Shown here: positions 1-9,883 of the stretch, in pieces
Layout of the letters: the number at the start of each line of letters is the position of its first letter
Numbering within the stretch: position 1 is the stretch's first letter
Notes under the pieces: model-generated
Database searches by the model: none
Seen by the model: the letters and a program-made list of their open reading frames with translations, nothing else
Told to the model about the DNA's origin: nothing
NCBI GenBank assembly: GCA_964016885.1
Contig: OZ024743.1
Span: 153,698,001-153,762,000 of the forward strand
DNA: 64,000 nt
Direction: 5' to 3'
DNA from: Eledone cirrhosa
Taxonomy: Eukaryota
Position numbers and translations under genes: made by a program

Positions 1-985
1 TTATATCTTTATATGCATCTCAATCTGAACTGTCAGATGTACTAAAAGACAGGTTCTATGAGTCCCTAATGCCCATACCTCCCAAATAAGTGACATTGAC
101 CTCATAGTCATTGCAGGTGACTTTAATCAGCATGCCAAGCAACACTGCAATGGCTTTGACAAAATTGGTGCTAGAAATGAGGAAGGTTTTAGGCTCCTGG
201 AATTATTCAGTGCTAATGACCAATCTATCTGTAACACAAAATGGCTGTAAAAGTCAGGAGTAGTACAGTAAATAAGGCAAGGCAATCAAGTATATAAACA
301 CAGGCAAGGCAGCTGGAGCTTCGGGGATAGTTGTCGAGATGCTGAAAGCATCTGGAATGGTGGATCACACAATAGTCACCCGTATTGTAAACCAAGTAAT
401 ACAAAATGGTGTCATACTCAATGACTGGCATAGCAGCAGCATCGTCAACTGCTACACGGGCAAAGGAGATGCTCTAGACAAAAAAAAAAAACTATAGAGG
501 CGTTAAGTTGGTTGACTAGGTTATGAAGGTCACAGAAAGAGTTATAACACAGGTGATTATGGATGAAGTTAACGTAGATGAGATGCAGTTTAGATTTGTG
601 TAAGGCAAAAATACGAAAAATGCCCTCTTCCTTGTAAGGCAATTGCAGGAGAAATATCTAGCTAAAGGTAAACCACTTTACTTGGCATTTGTTGACCTGG
701 AGAAAGCTTTTGACAAAGTCCACCATTCCATTATACCATGGGGTCTTAGAAAACTAGGAGTACATGAGCGGCTTGTGAGGGGAGTAAAATCCATGTATAG
801 AGATACATTTAGCAAGGTCAGAAGTAACAATAACAATAATGATGAATTTAGTATGCAGGTTGGTGTCCATCAGGACTCAATACTTATTCCCCTCCTGTTT
901 ATTATCATCCTGCAGGCTATAACAGAGGTCTTTAAGATTGGCTGCCTATGGGACCTCCTGTATGCTGATGACCTAACCCTGAAAA
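1..985 (+). mobile_element. Degenerate RTE-clade LINE fragment (APE remnant fused by deletion to RT)
   Basis: ORF 643-1209 gives QEKYLAKGKPLYLAFVDLEKAFD...VGVHQDS...LLYADDL, closely similar to the RTE RT at 60327-61607. Bases 100-200 encode an APE-like IAGDFN...GARNEEG. Confidence 0.9.
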
Positions 986-1113
986 ACATGTCTTTCTGGC
1001 AAAACAACAACCAAACTGCAACAGTTACTGTGATGGAATACTCCTGGTCTCTCTGCCACATACACACATATATAGATAGATCAATATATATATATATATA
1101 TAGAGAGAGAGAA

Positions 1114-1222
1114 ATTTCTTTATTAGCCACAACGGCACAAAAGAAGGGGACAAATACAAATGGGGTGTTTACATACAGGTATATGAAAATAAAACTATTA
1201 ATAAAATAACAAATAATAAATA

Positions 1223-1225
<3 letters not shown>
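1114..1225 (-). mobile_element. Short Tx1-family 3'-end stub
   Basis: Reverse complement reads ...gccgTTGTGGcTAATAAAGAAAT, matching the Tx1 3' terminus ccTTGTGGtTAATAAAGAAAT at ~44047-44068. Confidence 0.6.
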
Positions 1226-1260
<35 letters not shown>

Positions 1261-2242
1261 TGACTGTTTGTTTGAGTGATAAATAAAAGATAGGTAGATA
1301 CTTTGTACATTAAATTACTTTATGAGAAGTAAGATGTCACTATGTTTGAAGTGCTGAGAGGTTAACCCATGTATAGTCAGAGATGAAAGATGTGGAAGAA
1401 AAGTTTAGAACATTGCAATGAAATAAGAAAAGATTCAAGTTAGGAATAACTAAAACAGGAGAAGAACCGATTGTTAGATCAGAACTAAGGAATCAATGTT
1501 TCAGTTAGTCTTTCCATTGCTGATACTATCTGCTGTTTGCAACTCTTGGCACAAGGATTAAATGGTAAATAAAGTATTTTCCTCAAGAACCAGATATGCC
1601 ACATGGCACAAACAAATTACAACAAATAGACAAAGCTCTATACAGAATGGAAACTGAGAAAAGCAGGTTTATGAAGTCAAGGAAGATATAAATAAACAAT
1701 ACACACATAAGTAAATGAAGCCTATAATGTGGTTATGCTCTGCATCTCTGTGTGCATGAATATACATTCACACATGTACATACAGTGAATAAGAAAATTG
1801 CAACTGAAGGTAAAAGTGAGGAATGGTGTGAAACAAATATTAGATTTATGAGCAATATAAAGAGAGTCTGCAGAGTTAAAGCTACCTAAAACGTTATTTA
1901 TTGTTTTAGCAATATGCAAACACTACCCAAATTAAAGAAACAAAAGAAACAAAAGACACTTACATTAAAAAATAAAATCAAGCAAACAAATAAAAGTATA
2001 CAAAAACAAATACAATGTGCTGTCTCTCTGAATAAACACAGAAAATTCTGAGAGACTATGTGTATATATACATATGTGTATATATGTATATATATATATA
2101 TATATGAAATATACATATGTGTATGTATGTATATGTATATATATATATATGTGAAATATATAAAATAAAGAAATATATATATATGTGCGTATGTGTGTGT
2201 GTCTGCTCGTATGTAGTAGTTTTTAATAAAATAAATGTGAAC

Positions 2243-2337
2243 CTCTTCCATTCTTGCTTCTTCCATTAATTGGATGAAGCTGTCAGGATGTTTGTTAAAG
2301 ATGATGTTAGTGCAAGTAGCAGCAATTAGATGTTGTT
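2243..2337 (-). CDS. Candidate isolated host exon (EQHLIAATCTNIIFNKHPDSFIQLMEEARMEE), product unknown
   Basis: On the minus strand a T-rich tract and CAG precede it and GT follows it. One frame is open across 95 nt of unique sequence between simple repeats. No neighbouring exons were identified. Confidence 0.3.
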
Positions 2338-2574
2338 CTGGGTCATGAAAATAAAACAAAACAAAAAAGAAAACACAAGCACATATACAAGGGAAACGAA
2401 AGACACACACAAATAGAAACAAAGCAAATACATTGAAATACATCTCTGGGGTATTTAGAGGAAAGTTAATTACATGTCAAATTGCTTGATCAAATATGGG
2501 TAATCTGTATCTATCAGCTTGTCTGCAGATCCATATTTGTATAAGTAGGTAATATATGTGTGTGTATATACACA

Positions 2575-2613
2575 CTTATATATATATATATATATATATG
2601 CATATATATATAT

Positions 2614-2690
<77 letters not shown>
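2575..2690. repeat. (TA)n microsatellite
   Basis: Long TA run. Similar runs at ~3045-3089, 6630-6712, 45740-45808, 45900-45955 and 63893-63938. Confidence 0.95.
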
Positions 2691-2692
<2 letters not shown>

Positions 2693-3040
2693 TAAAAGAA
2701 TAGAGGTGTAACACACGAGTTATGATATATTGGTAAAAGGAGAAGAAAATGCTGACAAATTGTTCCCAGTGAAAAATAGTTTAATTAGGAATAAGTAAAA
2801 ATTAGTAATAGTATTGTATAGTATTCAGTTTTGGTTTTAAGTTTTACCGGTTGCGCATTTTTAATGCTTTTCAAAAATAATTTTGAGATAGAGCGCCCGT
2901 GATGTTTGCTCTAATCTGCGCAACCGGTAAAACTTAAAACCAAAACTGAATACTAAACAATAATATTACTAATTTTTACTTATTCCTAATTAAACTATTT
3001 TTCACTGGAAACAATTTGTCAGCATTTTCTTTTCCTTTTA

Positions 3041-3086
<46 letters not shown>

Positions 3087-3091
<5 letters not shown>

Positions 3092-3312
3092 AGAGAATCG
3101 TTTTTACTGAAAATATCGAATAATGTACACCATTTTTACCAGTATCACAAAAATACTGGTCCACCCACACACACACACACATATATATACACACACACAT
3201 ACACACGCGTACATTAATATACAAAGAGACATATACACACACACACACACACTTCTCCGTATAAGACAAGAGCTGAAAAATATATTTTAACATGTTAAAA
3301 TATCCCCCACAC
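3087..3312 (+). repeat. ~230 bp direct duplication (second copy 4858-5102)
   Basis: TTGAGAGAATCGTTTTTACTGAAAATATCG...GTTAAAATAT occurs twice, each copy preceded by (TA)n. Confidence 0.9.
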
Positions 3313-3640
3313 AGTTATAACTGACACCAATTCCTTCACCTATTTTGGCTCCACTTCCACCTCCTTTAAAGCTCGTCTTTATAATCATCATTCGTCTTTT
3401 AAATACCAACTTAAAAGAACCAACACGGCTCTCTCAGAACTCATATGGTCCTTGAAAGACAAAAATATTAAATATAACATCTCTTGGAAAAAGGTTTCTT
3501 CTTCTTCTTCATTCTTGAACGGTTCTCTATCCAAGACTTGCAATCTCTGTCTAAATGAAAAATTTACATTATATCTAATTTAGATTCTATAATAAATAGA
3601 CGCACTGACTTGTTTTCTCTCTGCTTGCATAAATTCCCAG
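3311..3640 (+). pseudogene. Penelope-type GIY-YIG endonuclease C-terminal remnant
   Basis: Manual translation from 3311: TVITDTNSFTYFGSTSTSFKARLYNHHSSFKYQLKRTNTALSELIWSLKDKNIKYNISWKK...CNLCLNEKF, then after a frameshift IINRRTDLFSLCLHK. This fits the YIG / FKxR-NH / TxLS-IW-LK / CxLCLxEK pattern of PLE endonucleases. It is not in the ORF track. Confidence 0.8.
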
Positions 3641-4098
3641 AACATTCCATAAAGTATACAGCTAATATCCAATACTTTATCAATTTAGAATCCTTTTCTC
3701 AAAGGCACATATATAAATATATACTTCTTTAAAAATATACCCATCTTTCTACCTTATTTCAAAGTTATTTATTATACATTATATAATACTTGTTACTCAT
3801 TCTATATCACTCCTATTTATCACTTCCCTTTCTTCCTTTTACTTTTCTTTTCTTTTTATTTTAATTTCTAACCCCTAATCTGTACCTTTTCTCACTGTGC
3901 CTAACATAGAAACAATTATTACACAATACAATATATTCTTACCTTATATCACCTTGAAAAAATCCTTCGTAAACATAAACACATTTTTTTGACGTTAGAT
4001 TATTCATCCTCAATTCATTATTTTGTTCTCCCTTTCATCTCACTTATTCATGCTCATTTCACAATATATCCTTACTTACATAACTTTTGTTTTTTTAA

Positions 4099-4270
4099 TA
4101 ATACATATCAACATTTTCTTTCCATCGCACATATTATTAAACCCTTAAATATTATTCTTAATACATATTAACATTTTCTTTCCATCGCACATATTATTAA
4201 ACCCTTAAATATTATTTTTAATACATATTAACATTTTCTTTTTATCGCACATATTATTAAACCCTTCAAT
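4099..4270 (+). repeat. 60-bp tandem repeat, about 3 copies
   Basis: AACATTTTCTTTCCATCGCACATATTATTAAACCCTT recurs at the same offset on three consecutive 60-nt lines. Confidence 0.9.
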
Positions 4271-4629
4271 ATACAAACCTTAACTTTACATTATTTTTCT
4301 CTTCGTTAATTTTCAAATTTTTTTAATTTATACATTATCTTCCAACGGTTTTTCAACCTCTCTATGTAAAACAATATATTTTTCTCAGTTATAAAAGCTA
4401 TCTCTCTCTCTCTATCACCCATCTCTCCTCCTATCTCATCCTTCCTCATTATACTCCTCCCCCTCCACATTTTACTCTCATCTCCTCCTCTTTTTCATCC
4501 TTTCCAACATCCCCCCCCCCTCAACAATTATTTTCCCAATATCACACATCAATCTAAAACTACTTTTCATATGTTGATTTAAAACTGCACTATTCACAAG
4601 TGTTTTTTGACCTTCATATCATGTCTTCC

Positions 4630-4700
4630 TATTTTATCTGATGAAAACACAAATATTATTGCATGATGATATTTGTTTTTGAAATGCGCATAATAAAATA
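4630..4700 (+). ncRNA. Minimal type I hammerhead ribozyme motif (PLE-associated)
   Basis: Stem I TATTTTAT (4630-37) pairs with ATAAAATA (4693-4700). Core CTGATGA 4638-44, ~15-bp stem II, GAAA 4681-84, palindromic TGCGCA loop III, and UH = TA at 4691-92. Confidence 0.8.
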
Positions 4701-4826
4701 CAAGGAACTCTTTTAACCATGTTTTGATCTTATATATTATGTATACTCCAGTCCTACAAACTGTAGAGTGCTTCTTATCCGATATCTGCATTGCTTTATT
4801 GTACTACAATAAAACTCACCTCCTAC

Positions 4827-4860
<34 letters not shown>

Positions 4861-4962
4861 TGAGAGAATCGTTTTTACTGAAAATATCGAATAATGTACA
4901 CCATTTTTACCAGTATCACAAAAATACTGGTCCACCCACACACATACACACATTCTCTCTCT

Positions 4963-4994
<32 letters not shown>

Positions 4995-5155
4995 TACACA
5001 CGCGTACATTAATATACAAAGAGACATATACACACACACACACTTCTCCGTATAAGACAAGAGCTGAAAGATATCTTTTAACATGTTAAAATATTCCCCA
5101 CACACGTACAGACACATTCGTACTGACCGAACCCTCTACCACGAATTACTCTGCT

Positions 5156-5192
<37 letters not shown>

Positions 5193-6173
5193 TCTTAATA
5201 GGGATTTGAACTGTCACCAGGCTACGTTTCGCACACACTTACCTGCTGACCATTATCACAACAACGAACCTCCTCTTTACTACTACTACACACACACACA
5301 CATATTTGTTTTGAAAGACTTATTTTTCAGTGACTTCTCAATCAGCCGAGACAAACCTACATTTGGCGCAAAATAAATTTTTAACATTCACATGACCTCT
5401 ACCGACCAATCAAAATTGTTTTCACCATAAGTATTTTTTCATACATCTGGAGCCACTTTTTTTTACATAAAACAGGTAGAATTTCCAAAACTAATCAGAT
5501 TAGAGCAAACATCACGGGCGCTCTATCTCAAAATTATTTTTGAAAAGCATTAGAAATGCGCAACCGGTAATACTTAAAACCAAAACTGAATACTAACCAA
5601 TACTATTACTAATTTTTACTTATTCCTAATTAAACTATTTTTCACTGGGAACAATTTGTCAGCATTTTCTTTTCCTTTTACCAATACATATATATATATA
5701 TATATTTATATATTTATATATATATATATATAAAGCATGCATATATAAGTGTATATATATATATGATGGCTGCCCCCTCGTTATCGAGTATGGCCATTGC
5801 ACGAGAAAATAAAGATATAATAATAACAATAATAAAAATAATAATAACGACAACAACAACAACAACAAAATAATGATATACATATATATATACACACACA
5901 CGCACACACATAAACATATCCACACACACACACGATAGCAATTAACAGCGCTGCGATCAAATGTGGCTCTTTAGCCCAGCCAATGGTCTAAAATGCCTTG
6001 CACAGTGTTGGCAACCAAAACAATCACTGGGAATAGCCGGCTATGGTTGGAGTTCATGTACTTTTGCATGTCGTTTGAGCCCTCCTGTTGATTTACATTC
6101 TCTACCACATGCTGGGCAACTATGATGAGTAGCTTCTCCAACAGCAGCCTGGTAGTCAACCACTGGTCTTACT

Positions 6174-6620
6174 TTATGACTGCGAAGATGACTTTCGAGT
6201 CCAGCTTTGCTTAGGCAGAGTCTCGCACGTCAGCGCCATAGGAGGATCTTCGCTGTCTGGAAATGCAACAGCAATGCCCTTCCCCACGTCCCGCTTTACT
6301 TTCTCGTATGCGATTCCAGCTGCCTCAAAGGCAACTTTCCCCTCATATAGAGTCTTTCTCCATTTCTTACAACATTTTCCCATGTATCTGCAGAGATGTT
6401 AACGTATTTCAAAGAGACTTTCAAGGAATACTTATACCCCTTTTTTCGTTTATGTGGCGGTCGTTTTCCTTTAACTAACTCTCCATAAAAGAGTTGTTTT
6501 GGTATTCTAGAATCCTTCATCCTGGCAAGGTGACCACTCCAACGGAGTCGTTGCTTAAGCACAAGAGCTACTATACTGTCACACAGGGAGAGCTTTCCAA
6601 AATCTCGACATCACTGGTGT
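6174..6620 (-). mobile_element. RTE (BovB-like) LINE 3' coding fragment
   Basis: LKQRLRWSGHLARMKDSRIPKQLFYGELVKGKR...LKVSLK...TWE, the typical RTE C-terminus. Confidence 0.85.
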
Positions 6621-6662
6621 GATACATACATATACATATAAATATATGTATAAATATATATA

Positions 6663-6710
<48 letters not shown>

Positions 6711-6717
<7 letters not shown>

Positions 6718-7070
6718 AAAAAGAGATGAAATCGAAAATGTAACTGCAGTCTTATTTAAAAAAAAAATATATATATTTATTTGGTTCCTTTATCGGTTTC
6801 GCAGTTCTTCTGCTTTTCAAAAGTAGAGTTGAGATGGAGGGTCGGTGGTTTTTCTCACGTGTAAGAAAAACCACAGACCCTCGATCTCAACTCTACTTTT
6901 GAAAAGCAGAAGAACTGCGAAACCGGTAAAGGAACCAAATAAATATATATATTTAAAAAAAAAATAAGACTCCAGTTGCATTTTCGATTTCATCTCTTTT
7001 TCTTTATACTTTCACTCGTGTAGGACACCTCGGTTATTTTTCAACTTGTAAAAAAAACCTCACTTTCTAA
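6711..7070. mobile_element. Fold-back (palindromic) PLE pLTR remnant
   Basis: ~145-bp inverted arms (6711-6856 and 6860-7008). It shares TTTTGAAAAGCA..ACCGGTAA and the ACTCGTGT..ACACCTC terminal motif with the 2695-3049 element and sits in (TA)n. Confidence 0.75.
6896..6931 (+). ncRNA. Variant hammerhead motif (U3-A8 core)
   Basis: CTT-TTGAAAA-GCAG(aagaa)CTGC-GAAA-CCGG-TA-AAG has hammerhead topology, with the C3-G8 pair replaced by U3-A8. Confidence 0.55.
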
Positions 7071-7959
7071 TATATGTATATATCTATATATACACACACA
7101 TCTAATTTCATATATATATATACATGTATACATATTTACATATATATACATACATATATTTAAAGAACATATATGTTTGAAAAGCCCAATTTCATATGAA
7201 GAAATTGTTTATATAATATATGTATACTGGGAATTCTATGAAAATATAAATTAATGAAGCAATGTTAACTTATGTGAAAAATGTTTACCATGCCTATGGC
7301 ATGACTGTTAACTACTTTATCATTAATGAAATATCGATGTTGCCTGTATTGCTATGGTGATAATGATCTACTAACAAGTATAGCATTCCTGTTTGGGATT
7401 CCATTCTGTGGAGCCTAAATCATGTCCTTATTATTGGCAATGGTACTTACCTATTAGTCCAACCAGTGGTAAACACATAACATTGGAGATATTGTATCAT
7501 AATTAAGTTATTTTTGTAATGTATTTCAGCCACAGCTCCAAATCATGTTTGTCTAATATAGCTGGGTTTGATTTGAAGAAGATTTAGCTAATATTTTCAT
7601 TGAGTTGAATGAATATGTAAGTTCTCAATGGTTCTAGACTAACTGCTATAGATTGTGTGGAACTGAGATCAAATATTAACACGGTTTAAACTTATATTAG
7701 ATTGGTAACCAACTCAGCAGTTTTGAAAACTATAATAGTTGTCCATACACATGAAGAGCTTCCAGTAATAGCACTTGAAACAAAATAACAAGATACTTCT
7801 TCTTCTTCTTCTTCTTCTTTTTCTTCATCAGATTTATTTTTAAAAAACTTCGAAAACATCACTTCCCACCAAAACAAAAGTGGAAATTTTCGACCTTCAA
7901 ACGGTAAACAAGTTTCAGCAGCCACTGTAGATTTCACGACAACTACGACTACTACAGAC

Positions 7960-9883
7960 ATGTCTGTCGACCATTCCACTGAATGTGAAGGCAAAACTCA
8001 AAATCTACCATCACAACCGCTCCCAATTAGCAGCAGTATCATCTGAAAACGACATCACCACCACCACCGCCACCACCACCACAACAACAACAACTCAAAG
8101 CAACAACGACAATAACACCGACAGATTCAATGTAAACACGGATGGCGGGGGCAACAGCAACAACAAACAAAACAACAACAACAACACCAATAACAACAGC
8201 AAGAACGACAACACCAACAACAAGAGCAACAGAGGCACCACCTTTGCTGCAACGCTTATTGGATATTGATATTAGAGATAAAGAGGAACAGTTGACCCAG
8301 GCGTGGGGGCTAATTAAACGGGAGAAGTTCTGGGCAAACCTGACCATCCCGGACGGGGCAATAGCGGCCATGCAAAGGAGGACGGTGAACTTTCGATGCA
8401 TTTCGGTGCAGACGCGCGAAGTGGAACTTGCCAGCCAAGCAGAGGTCGAGGCTGCTTTGGAGTGCATCGGAAGTGACATATAGTATAAAGCAAGGGCCAA
8501 ACAGTTCGGTACCATCTCGGTACTATTGAAAACTGAGGCCCTTGCTATTAAGCAGTCGGTGACCCCCTGCAGAACGGAACGCATTATCATGCACCCGTCC
8601 TACATGGGTAAAAGGACAATAAAGGTCCGCATTCCCAGCATCCCACCAGGAATGAACATATGGTGGCTCCTGGGATGCGTAATTGAGGAGGGGACAGACA
8701 CTACCCTCCTGGATATCAAAAGGACAGAGAGAGAAGACTGGTCCGGAATGGATTTGGAGATTCTTCTCCAAATGAAACCGGATGACATGAACAACATCCC
8801 GGATTTTGCCCGCCTGCAGGACGGGACAACAATCCAACTAATCACTGAGGGAAGAAGACCGCACTGCTTCGACTGCGGGGAAGCAACGCATCTGCGAACC
8901 TTCTGCCCTCAGCGCAAAAATGCAGGGGGTCGCAAACCTCCTTTGTTTCCAACGCCAGTGTCAGCACGGAAAGCTGCACCACCACCACCACCACCACCAA
9001 AAACAACACCAACAAAGACACGGACACCAACATCAAAAATAGCCGGACCACCACCAAAACCGAAACCAATCCAAGGAGAAAACGAGGAAAGCTCTCCCAC
9101 TCGCCCCCCCCCCCCCCAATTATACACATAGACAAAACAATAAACGCACACACAGATACAGAGACACTCAAAGCCACAGACCCTTTGTCTTCCAGCAGCG
9201 AAGATGAAGGAAAACCCAAAAGTGCAAAAAAAAAAAAAACAGAAAACTCACCAAAAAAAGCCCAAACAAAACACAAAAACATACACAACAAAAAATACAG
9301 ACCCCACTAACGCAAACATTTCCCCAATAACATCAGCACCAACAGCAGCATCGACACTACCCCCACAATTCCCAAAACGCAAACAACCTAAACAAACACA
9401 AGTACAAATAAACACACAAATACCTGAAATTGCAGACACCACATCTACAACAAACACAGACATACCCGAAACAACATCACCAAAACCATCACCACCAGTC
9501 ATCAAAACGAAAACAAATAAAACCACACCAAGAAAATGTTAAAAAGTTCGTGCTTGTCAGAAGGGCCAACGATAAACTGATGGCCCTCTTAGCACGAATG
9601 CGAGGACATTCAAACAGAGGGGGAGATCTTTGAAATGAGCACATTTTGCGTGCCAGAAGATTTGCTTCTGGTCCGAATGTCACTCGATTCCTTCAAAGAA
9701 ATTCGGGAGAGCTTTCCTCAAGACGTGGGAACCCCGAATGTGAAACCCACATCGAGACTTTTAAAGGGGTTCTCAAAAGAAACCCCACCAACCATGGAGG
9801 TCGAGCCATCCGACCTTCACAAGACCCCGGGAGGTAAGAAAACCTTCCCTCTCTCTTTTAGCTTGCCAACATCGCCATATTAA
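7960..9883 (+). pseudogene. Tx1-A ORF1 (gag-like, one CCHC knuckle, Pro/Thr-rich), frameshifted
   Basis: ORF pieces 8142-8483, 8526-9131 (Cx2Cx4Hx4C), 9204-9542 and 9635-9883. Homologous to the ORF1s at 19107-19777 and 38986-39993. Confidence 0.75.

Larger units (their letters stand above)
2695..5690 (+). mobile_element. Penelope-like element (PLE) composite remnant with inverted and direct pLTR copies
   Basis: 2725-2918 is an inverted copy of 5496-5686, and 2917-3049 is a direct copy of 5557-5686. The interval contains a GIY-YIG remnant and a hammerhead motif and is flanked by (TA)n. Confidence 0.75.

Noticed and set aside
1722-5941. Many ORFs rich in YI/CV/HT repeats (also 45309-46055, 53565, 55537-55895, 62416-62722)
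   Set aside because: They are translations of (TA)n, (CA)n, (TATG)n and (CAT)n microsatellites.
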